Positions 40,471-53,875 of a stretch of 64,000 bases of DNA are shown here, piece by piece. The position numbers and the translations under genes are program-made. Source of the DNA: Chrysomallon squamiferum (taxonomy: Eukaryota > Animalia > Mollusca); assembly GCA_012295275.1 (NCBI GenBank), contig CM022677.1, positions 15,810,001 through 15,874,000 of the forward strand, given 5' to 3'. Each line of letters begins with the position of its first letter. The first letter of the stretch is position 1. A model generated the notes under the pieces. That model searched no databases. It saw only the letters and a program-made list of their open reading frames with translations, and was not told where the DNA came from.

Positions 40471-41115
40471 TAAACAAATTATCTTTTCTTCTATCACTAC
40501 TACTGTCAGGAAGAGAGAGAGAAAAAAATAAAACGAAAACAAAAAAATTAAGCTTTTGTTAATAATACGAATAATACTCGCTAAGTATCAACTCTACAGC
40601 TACTGTTGAAAAAAGGGTACATAACTCTCTATTTCGCTGCAGAAAATTATGTTCTGTTCTTTATTCACTTTTAGATATTTAGTTTTATAATAATCATGTG
40701 ATATTTAGTTTTGTAATAATCATGTGATTTTTTCTTGTATAATCTCTAATACAGTAAATAAAAATGACGTTAATCCACAAGCGCGCGCTATAATTCTGAT
40801 TATCCACTGATCTTCTATAAAACAAAATATTTTATCTTGCGCATTCTGCGTTAGTAAATGTAAGTAATGTGTCAAGTTATAAAATGTCATATTATTAATC
40901 TATCATCTTCTCACCTTTTCAAGTATAATCATACATTGGTAATTAAAAAAAAGAAAAGAAATAAGAAATCCAGAAGCTGATTTAATATGTTCAATATACA
41001 CCTCTCACCTACATACTAAATTATAAAAAATGTTTTTTTTATATACGATATAAATATTTATTTCTCTATTTATTTATTTATTATTATTATTCTCCAATAA
41101 CTGTCTCGCTCATTA

Positions 41116-41153
<38 letters not shown>

Positions 41154-42735
41154 CTTTTTCTCAATAAAGAGGATTGAAAAGTGGATATGTCCAGGTTACT
41201 TGTCTGTGTGAAGCTATAGCTACGTCATAAAATATATTGACATCCAGACTGGAGCGATGATGTTAACTTTTGAAGTCTTACGGATATTGAGAAGTAAAGA
41301 AATCAAATAAAGATTAGAACTGTATTTTCTTTATATTACTATTGCTGTTGTCGTTGTCGTTGTTGTTGTTGTTTTATGTACAATTGAAATTTCTCAAATA
41401 TATTAAAACATATATACTTTCATGTTTTTATTTAACATTTCAGCACGCCAGCAAAAGACACCCGAAAAAAGCAAAACAATTTCAATAAAGTACATTACCT
41501 GTATCTAATAAAGAAGTCAACTGTTCGTGATTCTTAGAATCTACATTTAACTGAGAAAACATTTAAAGCACAAATACCGCAAATAAAAGTAGAAATCCCG
41601 CTTCCCCTCGAAATAAAACATTATATGAGAGTAATCTGCCTTCAGCTATAGTTTGTTTCTTTCTTCTGTTTGTGGGGTTCTTGGTGTACGTCACTGCACA
41701 CCACAGAAAATCGCTGATAACGAAACGTCGTATATAGCTGTATAATGAGTAATAAATGTAAATGTGTAGGCACGTTCCAGGAATATCAAATTACTATAAA
41801 CAATATACCGTATCTATTAATATGTGATAAATAACTAAAATATAAAGAATAAAAATAAATACAGTGGACGCTGTCAAAACCGCATGATTCATTGAGACCA
41901 ACCTGATATACCGTTTTAGACAGAGTGCAGTTTCCTAAAGACTAAAATAACATAAAACTGGAATATTTTTTTTATTAAAAATGTTAATGGTCTATCAGTT
42001 GTCAGAGAATGAAAAGTCTGTCATTGATGACTCCTAGTAGAATAAAATTGACGTGAAATTATCAGTATTTTTTATGAAGCAAAATAGAGGAAAATATAAT
42101 AAAACATCACGTTATTTTCACTCAGTATCAATTTATAATATAAACGTCGCTGGTTTGATGTATTAACGTGAATTAATGTAATCTGTTCTGCTGTTAATCA
42201 AATATCACATTTATATGGATCTGACCTTTTATTTTATAGTGGCATTCAGCGCTGGACTTTTAAATTCAGAAATAAATAACTTAATGACTAGATATACAGG
42301 GGAACCCTCTGTTGTGAAATATTTTTCTGTTAAACTAAATTACAATTTCTTCTCAACAAAAAAATAAAAAATTAAAATATTAATACTGAACACGAGAGAA
42401 GTTACACTTTACTTGAATCACAACATTTTAGTTTGCAAAGCAACCGACATTAAAATTAAAATTCACAGAGATAAGCTAAGTTTTCTGTTTTGTAAAATGA
42501 CACGTAATTCACACTTATATATAAAACTAGCGACGTTTGTTGATACTTAGTGAAAATAACGTGATGTTTTGTTATGTTTTATCTCTATTTTGCATCATAA
42601 AAAATACAATCTTACTTGAAGCTTTTAAAATATCAGATTAAACTAGCGCCATCTCAAATACATATATAATGATACTATTAATATCCAACATCCATTATAT
42701 AACTTGTGCAGTCGGTATTAAAATTAAAATTATAT

Positions 42736-42778
<43 letters not shown>

Positions 42779-43870
42779 TTTCAATTAAAGATAATCAGTG
42801 TAAATAGAGGTATTCATAATATTTCAAGCTATTTTTGGTTGGATCTCAGTTTATAAAACTGAAATCTTGTTAATTTATAGAACGTAAATTCCGTCCAGCA
42901 ATTTGTCCATAGAAAACTACACTGTACGTCAAAGTTTCATGTTTCAGTAAATACTCAAATACGATTTGTATCATGACTTGACTTTTGGAAGAACAAAACT
43001 GGACAGCAGAATTTTTACTGAAACACGTGTTATCCAGACAGTCAGCTACACGTCTGCACAGCCCGACTTGTCTTCACAAGTTTCATCCAAACGTTTCTTC
43101 ACAAAACACTCGCCGTTGTATAGGACGAACAAGTACCACATTTCTTAAAATATTCTGGTTAAATATTAATCACCAGAAAATAATAATAAAAACACAGTCT
43201 ATGGTGTAATTATTGAAAATCACCTTCATCGTTCTTCTGCTTAGAAAAAATATATTTCCTAAAATACATATAACACTTTGTCTTCTATAAAAAAAAAAAT
43301 TTTATCTTACTACTTGTCAGGAAGACAGAAAAAAAAAAAAAAAGATAAAATCGAAACAAATAAAATAAGTCATTTTGTTAATCTATCATCTGGAAACCTT
43401 TTCTATGTATCAATCTACAGCTACTGTTAAAAAAAAAAGAACATAACTCTCTATTTCCCTGCAGCATGTTCTGTTTTGATTCACAGTTTTAGAGATTTAG
43501 TTTTATCTGTAATAAAAATTATTTTTTTGTTTTTTGTATAATCTCTAATACAATAAAAAATGACGTTAATCCACAAGCGCGCGGAATAATTCTGATTATC
43601 CACTGATCTTCTATAAAACAAAATATTTATTTTTTTTTATTTTGCGTTAGTAAATGTAAGTAATGTGTCAAATTATAACATGTCATATTATTAATCTATC
43701 CTCTTCTCACCTTTTCAAGTATAATCATACATTGGTAATTAAAAAAAAAGTATTAATAAATCCAGAAGCCTATTTAATATGTTCAATATACACCTCTCAC
43801 CTACATACTAAATTATAAAAAATGTTTTTATTATACGATGTAAATGTTGGTTTATTTATTTATTTATTTA
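39255..43870 (+). repeat. Tandem segmental duplication (39255-41090 similar to 42033-43870), each copy carrying a P4HA 5' fragment (40150-40440, 42965-43260); GPCR copy at 41400-42025 (-) lies between them
   Basis: Near-identical ORFs at 40149 and 42966 (MYHDLTFGRTKLDSRIF...) and colinear flanks. 41380-42025 is a direct copy of 36995-37635. Confidence 0.92.
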
Positions 43871-45784
43871 TTTATTTTTATTATTATTATTATTATTGTT
43901 ATTGTCGTTGTCGTTGTCGTTGCTGTTGTTGTTTTATGTGTGTACTGTAGCATTATAGTAAACATTACAGGTGTGATTTTACTGCGAAAACACTGTGTAC
44001 ATCAGAAATGTAGATTGGGCTTCCAGGTTAGCGTGTTTTTATAAACAACAGTAGAATTATATGTGAATATCAAGAACGCTTCCATATTAATATAATATTT
44101 TATTAACACAACTTGTTTCAAAGAACAGCTAAGTAGGTGTAATTTTACACGGCGTTATAAAAATACCGCCTTCACTATTTATGTTACATGTTTTATGTTG
44201 TAAACAGAGGCGTAGCGGTAATATTATGTATTGAAAACACAGTGTATTGAAAAATAGAGGTATTGCTTTTGAATTAACAGTATTAGAAAACTTAATTTTG
44301 CATAATAAATAAATAAATAAATAAATATTAAGCTTAATTTTTCATTAACAGGTAAAACGTATCTAACAAGTTGAATAATGAATCAACGTTTATCAATCTT
44401 TAATATTTTATTATTAAGATAGCAGAATTGCAGTTGAGAGGTGAGAGGCTCGATTAAGATGAATTAACTTCACCATGTTATTGATATTTGCAAGTGCATC
44501 TTTCTTAAATAGTAGAAAAGTCTAGAATGTAGAGAAACATTAACAGACGTTTTTATTATTAAAAGTATACTGAAAAGGTGAGTTCTGTAAATATACTGCG
44601 CTATTACAGATTAATTCTTAATTAACTGTAGAAAGTGATATTCTATTACCTCCCCTAAAAATTAAATTTATAATTAGACAATTAATATTCATCTAGAGAG
44701 CTATATACAAATGTAAAATAGTACGGTTCTTTCGCTGAATTGAAATGTATTAGTATAAACAGGACTGGCTGAAGCAAATAAACTATAAATATTGTCGTTC
44801 AGTTCCATTATATGTGGTAAACAGCGTTCATCATAATAACAAGAACAATTTTTTTGTTCATTACTGCAATACAAAGGACATTTCAGTTGCCGTTTACAGG
44901 AACAAACAAATAAATAAATAAATTTATTAATATTAATATTAATATCTAAGATCCTTCAGTATTTTAGGCATACGCAGAACCTCTCCCATTGAGATAACAT
45001 ATCATCACTGCTTTATTATCAATGTTTTCTGCAGTGTTTATCATTTCTTTTACTGAAGTTTCAATTACAGCGACACCTGCACTTATCATTGTAATCTGAG
45101 AGGTAGATAGGTAGGTGGATAGACAGATAGACAGACAGATAGATGGAGAGTGAGACAGACAGACATATATATAGATAAATCCATAGACAGACATACAGAC
45201 ACACAGACAGAGAGAAAAACCCAAAACTGAACTGAATAATTAAAATGACCAATAAAAGAAAAGTTATGAAAAGCGAGGTTAATGTGATATTATATAATAA
45301 TGTATGTACGAACATTTTCTTACAAGTTTATTTGCCAATCAAATGTAAAATGTCTATCTCTATGTCCATCAATGTATCTGTCTGTCTATTATTTAATTCT
45401 ATACATAAACACCGTCTCACTGATATCAACTTTTCGTATATAACTATCCTCTAAGGCAAACACGTATACCAAACTATTTCTTTCCTATGTGTGTGTGTCT
45501 GTGTCTGTGTGTGTCTATCTCTCTATCTGTTTATGTGTTGATAATTGTTTCTTTCTTTATAATACCGACTGTAATACTGACATAACGACATTAACGATAA
45601 AAACAACAACACTAATTGCAATAAAACTACTTAAAATGATAAATAAAATAGTCATTCTGACCCCACATTCATGAGTAGTTTGGTCCTCGAATTTGTTGTA
45701 CTGATTATTGCTATATAATCATTGTTACTACTAATAATAATTAGTCCTAATCATAATAGAAATCAAATTCAAAACTTCAATAAA

Positions 45785-46432
45785 CTAAACTCCTTGACAA
45801 ACATCACAAGAATACAATATCTTTAAAGTCTGCACCAGCTGGGATTTCGAGATTTGCGCAAGAATCAAGACAATACCAATTTGGGCACCTGTCACATCCT
45901 ATGAACTCGTCAGAATTCATTCCATCATTAACTCTGCCACAGAGTTCACATTTTTCTTGTGTATCTACTACATCTCTGTCTTCTAGTTCAGGCTCATCAC
46001 CATCAACGTTTTCTTTGACTGCATCCACCGGTTCTGCTGTAGCATTCAAATTGAACTGCCATTTTGACTTTGGTTTTGACTTCTATTTCTTTGGTGTAAT
46101 TTTGCCTCTAAAAAATTTGCCCTCTTTGCCTTTTCTTCTTCTGTCAATGCCTCGGCATACCTCATCCTTTTGATTTTATTGCCCCAAGTGGTGGAGTAAA
46201 ATAGAAAGCATATTTCATGGCTAATTATCACATTTTAATCAAGTTTCTTCTGCTGAACTTAAAAACCGATTATATGTTTACCTATTATAATTTATCACTA
46301 ACCTTATGTCTATAGGACTAAAAACATAACACTCACTTTTGAAACCTCAAAATGCAGTATAGCGGCTGCAAGTCATAATATACCTCGGAGGCCACAATTG
46401 CCCTGAGGCCAGAATTACCCCAACTTACTACT
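45785..46432 (-). mobile_element. Internally deleted pogo-like (DDE_1 family) transposon: one TIR plus C-terminal basic region and PHD finger
   Basis: AEALTEEE plus a basic stretch, then CELC...FIGCDRCPNWYCLDSC...(frameshift)CDVC*. TIR-like TAGTAAGTTGGGGTAATTCTGGCC on the minus strand at ~46407-46431 next to TA. No DDE core and no second TIR seen. Confidence 0.6.
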
Positions 46433-46949
46433 AGTTTTAAATAAAATAATTTTAGTGAATTTAGTAAATACAGTGAACGATCTATATTCAGGCGACGGGA
46501 ATTATTATTTTTTTATTATTATTATTATTTTGTTTTTATCAATTTTACTCAACACTCAGTCTTTTTTGTATTTTTACGAACGTCCGTGTTAAATAGAGTT
46601 GTTTCTCTTAGACCACGAACTTATGAAACAGATTACTCCTCGCATATGCAAGGTCACGGTAAATTAGATTTGTTGCTTTTAGATGAAAATAACCAATTCT
46701 GTATAATGTTTTGTAGCAGACAGAACCAGCTTATTAACATTCCATGCGTTTTCTTTTTCTTTTAACTAACCAGTTTCCTGTATTATTGGTTTAGTTAACG
46801 TCATATTATTATTTGATGAATTATTGTAAAATTGCTATTTCATTTAATGTTTTTCATTTAATTTTATTTATTTATTTATTTATTTATTTATTCATTTATT
46901 TCATTTATTTTAGTTGGAAAACGTAGTTAGGAAAGGCACAAGAGATCAC

Positions 46950-47320
46950 GATTTTGTAATATGAACAACCATCTTTATCAGTGTAAGTCATAAAAAGTTC
47001 AGAAAGGAGACGTAAAATAACTGTATTTGGACGTTTAAAAAGTTCCGTGACCTCACTGAAACCTTCGATCCAAATCCAAGATGACTGCATCGAACGCCGA
47101 TCAATATTTATTCAATTTTAAACATGCAGACTTTTATAATGCAATAATTCTTCATGGATAATTAAAAGTAATTTGGAGAAGTATGTCATATAACCAATGC
47201 CTCTTATACATAGATGGCTAATACTCTGTAGTAACTGCTGAAAACGTGGTAACATTTTTTTATTATTATTTTTTTTTCTGACGTTGACGTCATATACCTT
47301 CTCGTACCCATTTCGTACTA
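46950..47320 (+). repeat. Diverged inverted copy of the 17920-18245 element
   Basis: TTCCGTGACCTCACTGAA, ATCCAAGATGACTGC, GTAATTTGGAGAA and CTCGTACCCATTTCGTACTA are rc counterparts. Confidence 0.85.
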
Positions 47321-49771
47321 TTTTTGTTGTTGTTTTCACTTTTTATTACGACATCGTCAGCCAAGAAAAAAACATTAAAAAAAAAAATAAAATAAAATAA
47401 AAACAAGTAAATAAATAAAAATAAAATAAAATAATTGAAATAAAATAAATTAAAATGAAATAAATAATTTTCACTGACGCTGTTTGGAGGGATGGGTCTA
47501 TCCATAGAGGTATACACACATACATACATATATATATAATACATACACACACACGTGTATAGGAATGATAATGTATTTGTATGTTTAGAAGATGATTAGT
47601 ATGTATATATATAAAAGGATAAGTAACTACGTGTGTGTGTGTGTGTGTGTGTGTTTAAAAAAGAGTGGATAGATGGTAGATGATAACAGACAGATAAATT
47701 GATAGACAGAAGAAAGGTAGACTGATTACTAGAAAGATAGATAGATGCAAGGAGACATGAGTATATACCTGCACATCTGTAAGAACGACTGACTCTGTTG
47801 CTTATGTATAGATAGATAAATAAATATAATTATAGATAGATAACTAGATAGAAAGAGTGTATTTAAATACTTAAAAAGGATGTAAATAGAAAGGGTGTAT
47901 ACGTACGTGTGTGTGTGTGTGTGTGTGTTTGTGTGAGTTCAAGATAGACTGTGGCTATGTATAACTGAGAAGGTGAGATAGATTGATGTAGAGATAGTTA
48001 GACGTCGCTTCAGAGATAGCTTGATAGGTTAGGTAGACAATAATTAGGTACATATATAGATAGATATATACAGCTAAAATAGATAAATTGATGTGTATGT
48101 GTGTTGATAAATATATGTGTTAGAGAGAAGGGGTATATAAAGATAGTGTGCTTTTTGAGGATTTTTTAGAGAGATGATTGATAGAGAGATAATAGATTAA
48201 ATATAAATAAATAAATACATGAGTGAATAGATGTATGTGTATATATGTGTGTTAGAGAGGGTAGATATAGATGGATGGCTGGACACGCACACACACACAA
48301 ACTTTACAAACAACATAGGTACATAAATTCATAATCATGAGTATTTGTATTTATGTTAGATGATTGGTATATAACTGAATGTATGAACAAGAGTGTGTTT
48401 ATATGGGTGTTAGATTGCAGTTAGATAGCTAGACTGAGAGAGACTGATATGTAGGTGTGGTTATATGTGTTTGTTATAGAGAGAGAACAGGTATTGACCT
48501 TACTATGAAACAGAAAAGTGTGTCCTGTGTGTGTGATTTTTCAGAGAATGAGAGATAATTATATCAATAAATATAGATACAGACAGACAGACAGACAGAG
48601 GATATACAGGTAATGGGCACATGTATATGAGTAAGAAAATCATTTGATTTCTTCATTAAAGTCTGTTTCTATGTTAGAGACAGATAGACAGACAAATAGT
48701 CAGAGAAATTGATGATGAAATAAAACAAATATATAGACATCAAGACTGGAGCGATGATGTTAATGTTTGAAGTCTTATGGATATTGAGAAGTAAAGAAAT
48801 CGAATAAAGATTAAAATGTTCTTTTCTTTATATTACTATTGTTGTTGTTGTTGGTTTATGTGTGCACTGTAGCACTATAGTAAACATTACAGGTGTGATT
48901 TTACTTCAAAAACACTGTGTACATTCAGAAATGTAGATTGGGCTTCCAAATAGATAGATAGAAGTATGCAGGTAAGTAAGGATGGATGGATGGAGTGTTA
49001 GATGGATGAAAGTTTTGGTGCAAAGAAGAACTGGGAAAATAATAAAAGGATTAAAAAGAGGGAATGATTGACTGATAGGTTTTCAATTACCACATTGTTA
49101 ACAAATAAGGTCCTCATTGTAGGTCCATGGATTGAGTGATATATCAATGGAATTTGGCTTAATATATAAACTTTGTGAAGAGGAACATGCGGAGTTAGGA
49201 GGGAGGCATGACTGGAAGTACCAATCAATTGTTAGAGATTAGTGATTTCTGGTATTGTTTATGAAGAGAACATTAATCTGGAAATCTAGTCTCTGTTTGT
49301 CTACATTGAAAGCATAGTCGTCATCTGTTGATACGAAGTAAATATGATAAGATACAAAGATGTCTGTAACAGTTTGTGTTAAAGAGCACATTAATCACAG
49401 AACCTGTCATACTTAATTATCAATTAATATCTGGTAAAATGAAATAATCCATCTAATTAGAGTAATCTGCGGAGTGACACAGAGAGTAAGAAAGCCAGAG
49501 GGAAATATTTACATGTCATAACTTATTCTTAAGTACATACACTTCTGTCTATACTCTGTTGGTCTGTCTGTATATAGAAAGGGCTTTCAAAGCAATAGCA
49601 CTGTATTCAAAATTAGCAATACCCTATGTAGGTAAATCTATTTATCATAATCTAACAATCTGTCTATCTCTCTAACCAATTAAATGTTATTATATTAATG
49701 TACTAATTAGCCATTCCCTTTGGAAATGTTGCCACCCCTACACCACGGTGAGGTTCAGTACACGTAGGGGA

Positions 49772-50020
49772 TGTTAGTAATGGTTAGTATTTTGTTAATA
49801 GTTAGTATTTGTTAAATGTTAGTATTTGCATAATGGTTAGTATTTGGTTAATGTTTACTATTTTGTTAATGGTTAGTATTTGTTAAATGTTAGTATTTGG
49901 TTAATGGTTAGTATTTTGTTAATAGTATTTGTTAAATGTTAGTATTTGGTTAATGGTTACTATTTTGTTAATGGTTAGTATTTGTTAAATGTTAGTATTT
50001 GGTTAATGGTTAGAATTTGT
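49772..50020 (+). repeat. 17-19 bp minisatellite (TTAATGGTTAGTATTTG)n, with outliers to 50380
   Basis: About 13-14 units read directly. Confidence 0.95.
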
Positions 50021-50046
50021 TTTAATTATAAAATAATATGTTATGT

Positions 50047-50096
<50 letters not shown>

Positions 50097-50403
50097 ATAC
50101 ACGTATTCAGATAAGTATGTGGTAATTATTAGTAATTGTAACTAATTGGTTAAGGTTAGTATTTGTTAAATGTTAATATGTTTCTGTGTGTGAGTGTATA
50201 TATGTTTGTATATATGTTAGTGTAGTTTCTGTGTGTGTTCTGTCTGTATGGATATTCGTATGTGTCTGTATGGATATTCGGATGTGTCTGTATGGATATA
50301 TGTGTGTTTCTCTATATACAGTTTACTACCTGGTTAATGGTTAGTATTCATGTTAATTGTTAGTATTTTGGTTAGTACTTATTAATTAAAAAAGAATACA
50401 AAC

Positions 50404-51620
50404 CTGAGCCCACCTGTCAAGGGTTATAGAGCTGCAAGGAGCATAACCAGCTTCACGTCAACATCATCAACACAATCTCCTATAGCACTGATATGCTGGG
50501 GCAAAAGGGACAGAATGTTATTATCACTGCAGATATTACCAACTTGAAATAAATATTTTACAAATAAATGTCTGTATCTATTACTGTTACTATCATCATC
50601 ATAAAATTTAAAAAAATGACAGAAGGATGCCAGCTGAAGTTAAAGCAATACACCTAGAGTAACGTTGTAAGGTTTCTAATATTACGCATATCCTAGTAAA
50701 CGACCTATCAGAAGACAAAATTCGATTAGAACAAATAAGATTTTCCACAACAGAGAAGTAAATATACGACTGATAGGTACAGCTGACATCCCTGGTCTTT
50801 CTCCATATGCTGCTTTTACAGGGAATCCAGTTGCAGAATGTCCTTTTTTGACTCGTCTGACTCTTCTGACTCTGAGAGGTTGATGTGTGTACATCTCGCA
50901 GTTTCCATCTCTTAAGTTGTACACGATGGCGGTGAATCTTGCAGAGCAAACTGGACAATTTGGAGGCTTTTAGACCACCTCTCCAAACAGCTGAAATAAA
51001 ATTCATGGAAACATGAGTCTCCCATATTTATCTAAAAAATTATTCTGAACAGAAAAGAAAAGTAGGTGACTAAAAAATCTGATTCAGGCTGTTGTGTTGA
51101 TTCAGCAGTGCTATTTTGATGGTGATGTTGACATCCCTGGTCATTTTTTTCTCCACATGCTGTTTTTTACAGGGTCACGTTCGGAAATCTTTCGTCCTTT
51201 TGGAGGCTTCTCTGGACACCCATCATCCTGTGCTTTCCGTTTCCTGTGATGTTGATGTCCCTGGCCCTCTACGTGATGTTTCTCCAGGGTCAGGGTTCGG
51301 AAATGGATCGTGATTTTAAAGGCATTCTTGGTCCTTTCCGTTTCCTAGATGTTGATGTCCCTGGTTTATACGTGATGTTTCTCCAGGGTCACGTTCGGAA
51401 TTTTTTATTATTTTGATTTATTTATTTTTATTTCATTTTATTTGTTTCCGTGATGTTGATGTCCCTGGTTTTAAACGTGATGTTTTCCTTTTCGGAATTC
51501 TTTCGGGATTTCTCAGGGCACTCATCATCCTGTGCTTTCCGTTTCTTGGACGTCTTACTTTTCCCATTTCGTATTGATAACTGCAGTAACATTGTACGAG
51601 AAAACAAAATTTCATATAAT
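50404..51620 (-). pseudogene. Decayed RING-HC (TOPORS-like) gene with upstream PGTSTS-type coding repeats
   Basis: After acceptor TTTCAG| (exon start 50990): CLERWSK/PNCPVCSARFTAIVYNLRDGNCEMY resembles TOPORS CVQEWSKNKAECPLCKQPFDSIFHSVR. ~100-bp repeats at 51248, 51348 and 51452 encode DPGETSR..PGTSTS. Confidence 0.55.
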
Positions 51621-52383
51621 CCAAAAATATCTATTAATTTTATGTCTGTTGTTAGAATTAGTTCTATTTTTATTTCATTTTTTAATGGCAGTACATTTTT
51701 TTCACTTATACGTTTTATCTGTTTGTTTCACTAACGTTAATCTTTGCACAAGGATTTCACAACCAGGGCGAATGTTCACATAATGAACATACAGCTTGGA
51801 ACTTTGCATGAATTTATTACATAATGTCAGTTTCACATCTAAAATGATAGGTGTACAGGGTTTAAATTGTTTGTGGATGGTGATTTTAAAAATGCATTCA
51901 AAAGAAATTAAAATCTATTATCAAACACACACACACACATATTTAAGGTTTATATGTGATGTTATTTCATATGAAATTTATTATTTTATTTATATATTTT
52001 TAAGTTTTTGCGGTTTTATTGTGTCATACCTTTTAAAACTTACGTTTATATTTCAAGTATTGTTATTATCAATGTTATTTTTTCTTTATCTATATTATTG
52101 TTCTTGTTGCTTTTTGTTGTTGGAGGAGTTGTTAGGTACTCAAAAGTGATTTTCAGTTTAGGAAATACAAGGTTGAGTAACTTTTTATCCTGATTTCAGA
52201 AACAAAATATTTGAAATTGTCAGTCAAATTGTTCCAAAGTTTTGGATTTTTTAATATTGCCATTTTGAAGAAAACGTTTTATAGGCTCGTTTCATAATAT
52301 GTCAACTGTGTGTTCCAAACTCTGCTAACATTTATTTACATATAAAGTTGACAAAATCATTCATTTGATATTAATATTATATA

Positions 52384-53120
52384 TACCGTATATACTGGTG
52401 TACAAGGCGACCTTATGAATAAGTCGATGTGTATTGTAAGACCAAAAATTGCGTCATTTTAGGTATTACTTGTGTATAAGTCGACTGTAGATTCCAGGCA
52501 CCGTCACTATTTTTAGACCAGTGTGACAGTGCCATGAAGGCCTACATTGTACGCCTACTGTAACATAACTTGCACGAACATACCATAATAATGTAAATGC
52601 ATGTATTGCACGAGATATGGCTTAAATGTATCATAAATAGTATCTCTTTAATGTAATAGGTCTAACATGGAGACCTAACTTACCGTTATATTTAGCCGTT
52701 CTGTGATTTAGAAAATTTGTCGGTAGTGGATATTAATGACGATTGCAATGTTATTTCACCAAATTCTTTACAATTAAACAAGTGAGTTTTGTTTATGAAA
52801 TTAGGACCGATATTTAGTGCAATTTGGCAGAGAAGTCTGCATTCCTAGATCATTGTAAGACGCCGTAAGGCATAACGCCGTACTGACGGTTTTCTCGCTT
52901 TAAAATGTATTTTTATGTCATTAAACGGAAGAATATCATGTTTTCCATTCATATTTGATTTTGTTATTTAATTTTTCAAAATTTTGTATACGATAAAATT
53001 ATATTTTTGAAAAGTTGAAAGACCGCCATTATTTTAGATGCATCCCGTAGCCAAAAAATAGTCAAAATGGCGACTCTTCAGCAACAGCTACAAAAGCATT
53101 ACCTATGTATAAGTCGACAA
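52384..53120 (+). mobile_element. Non-autonomous pogo/POGK-type DNA transposon 5' fragment
   Basis: TA+CCGTATATACTGGTGTACAAGGCGAC end resembles the CCGTATATACTCGnGTATAAGnCGA TIR type. Internal TATAAGTCGAC repeats at ~52476 and ~53107. Right TIR not found. Confidence 0.55.
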
Positions 53121-53152
53121 ATCTGATAAGCAGTTGTTATAGTCATGTTGAG

Positions 53153-53230
<78 letters not shown>

Positions 53231-53769
53231 TTAGATTAAACGGTAATACACTCAGATACATAGAGAAATGCAAAAATCTATTTTAATAATCAGCTTATTT
53301 TGTAATTTGTCTTTTTTCCTCTATTTCCTTACTTTATTTTATTGTCTTTATTTGTCAGTTTATTTTGTTGCAGTACTCGGCAAATTTCGCGAGTCTCCGT
53401 TATTTAGCGTATTTTTTAGTTAGATTTTAGAAATTAAAACCCCAGTTATTTTTGTTTGAAATTAAAACAATAATAAAAAATATAAATAATATAATAATAA
53501 TAATAATAATAATTTAAAAAAAAAAAATAATAATAAAATGAATAAATAAATAAATATAAAATAAAAATAAGAAAGTTAAGATATTATTTTATTCAAATTC
53601 ATTTCGTAACTGCTCTTCTTATAGAAGAATAATTATTTATAATGATAATAATACTAACTAAATATACAGTTAATGCTATTATTGATTATAATAAATTTAA
53701 AAAAATAATTCACTTTGGACTAAAAATAAATTAAAAACAAAATAAAAAAATAAAAAAATATGACCTACT

Positions 53770-53875
53770 AGTATTGGCATTCGCATGTCAACTGACGTAA
53801 AACCGTTGGATGTTTTATTTATACCCGAATTTAAATCCGCTGACGTAAATCTTTATAGACTGCGCATGTGCATGG
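53770..53875. promoter_or_regulatory. Cluster of housekeeping-promoter motifs: ATTGG, two TGACGTAA, NRF1-like TGCGCATGTGCA
   Basis: Motifs at ~53773, 53793, 53841 and 53861 in an otherwise AT-rich tract. Confidence 0.35.

Noticed and set aside
43970-44027. MAM-domain start (CDFTAKTLCTFRNVDW) in a three-copy repeat
   Set aside because: Only ~18 residues, frameshifted in this copy, and other frames are equally plausible; not supportable without a search.
17920-47320. Inverted copies as TIRs of one 29-kb transposon
   Set aside because: The copies are strongly diverged, no TSD or transposase is present, an assembly gap lies between them, and the sequence looks promoter/exon-derived.
49772-50020. 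Interstitial telomere
   Set aside because: The unit is a 17-19 bp minisatellite containing GGTTAG once, not tandem TTAGGG or TTAGG.
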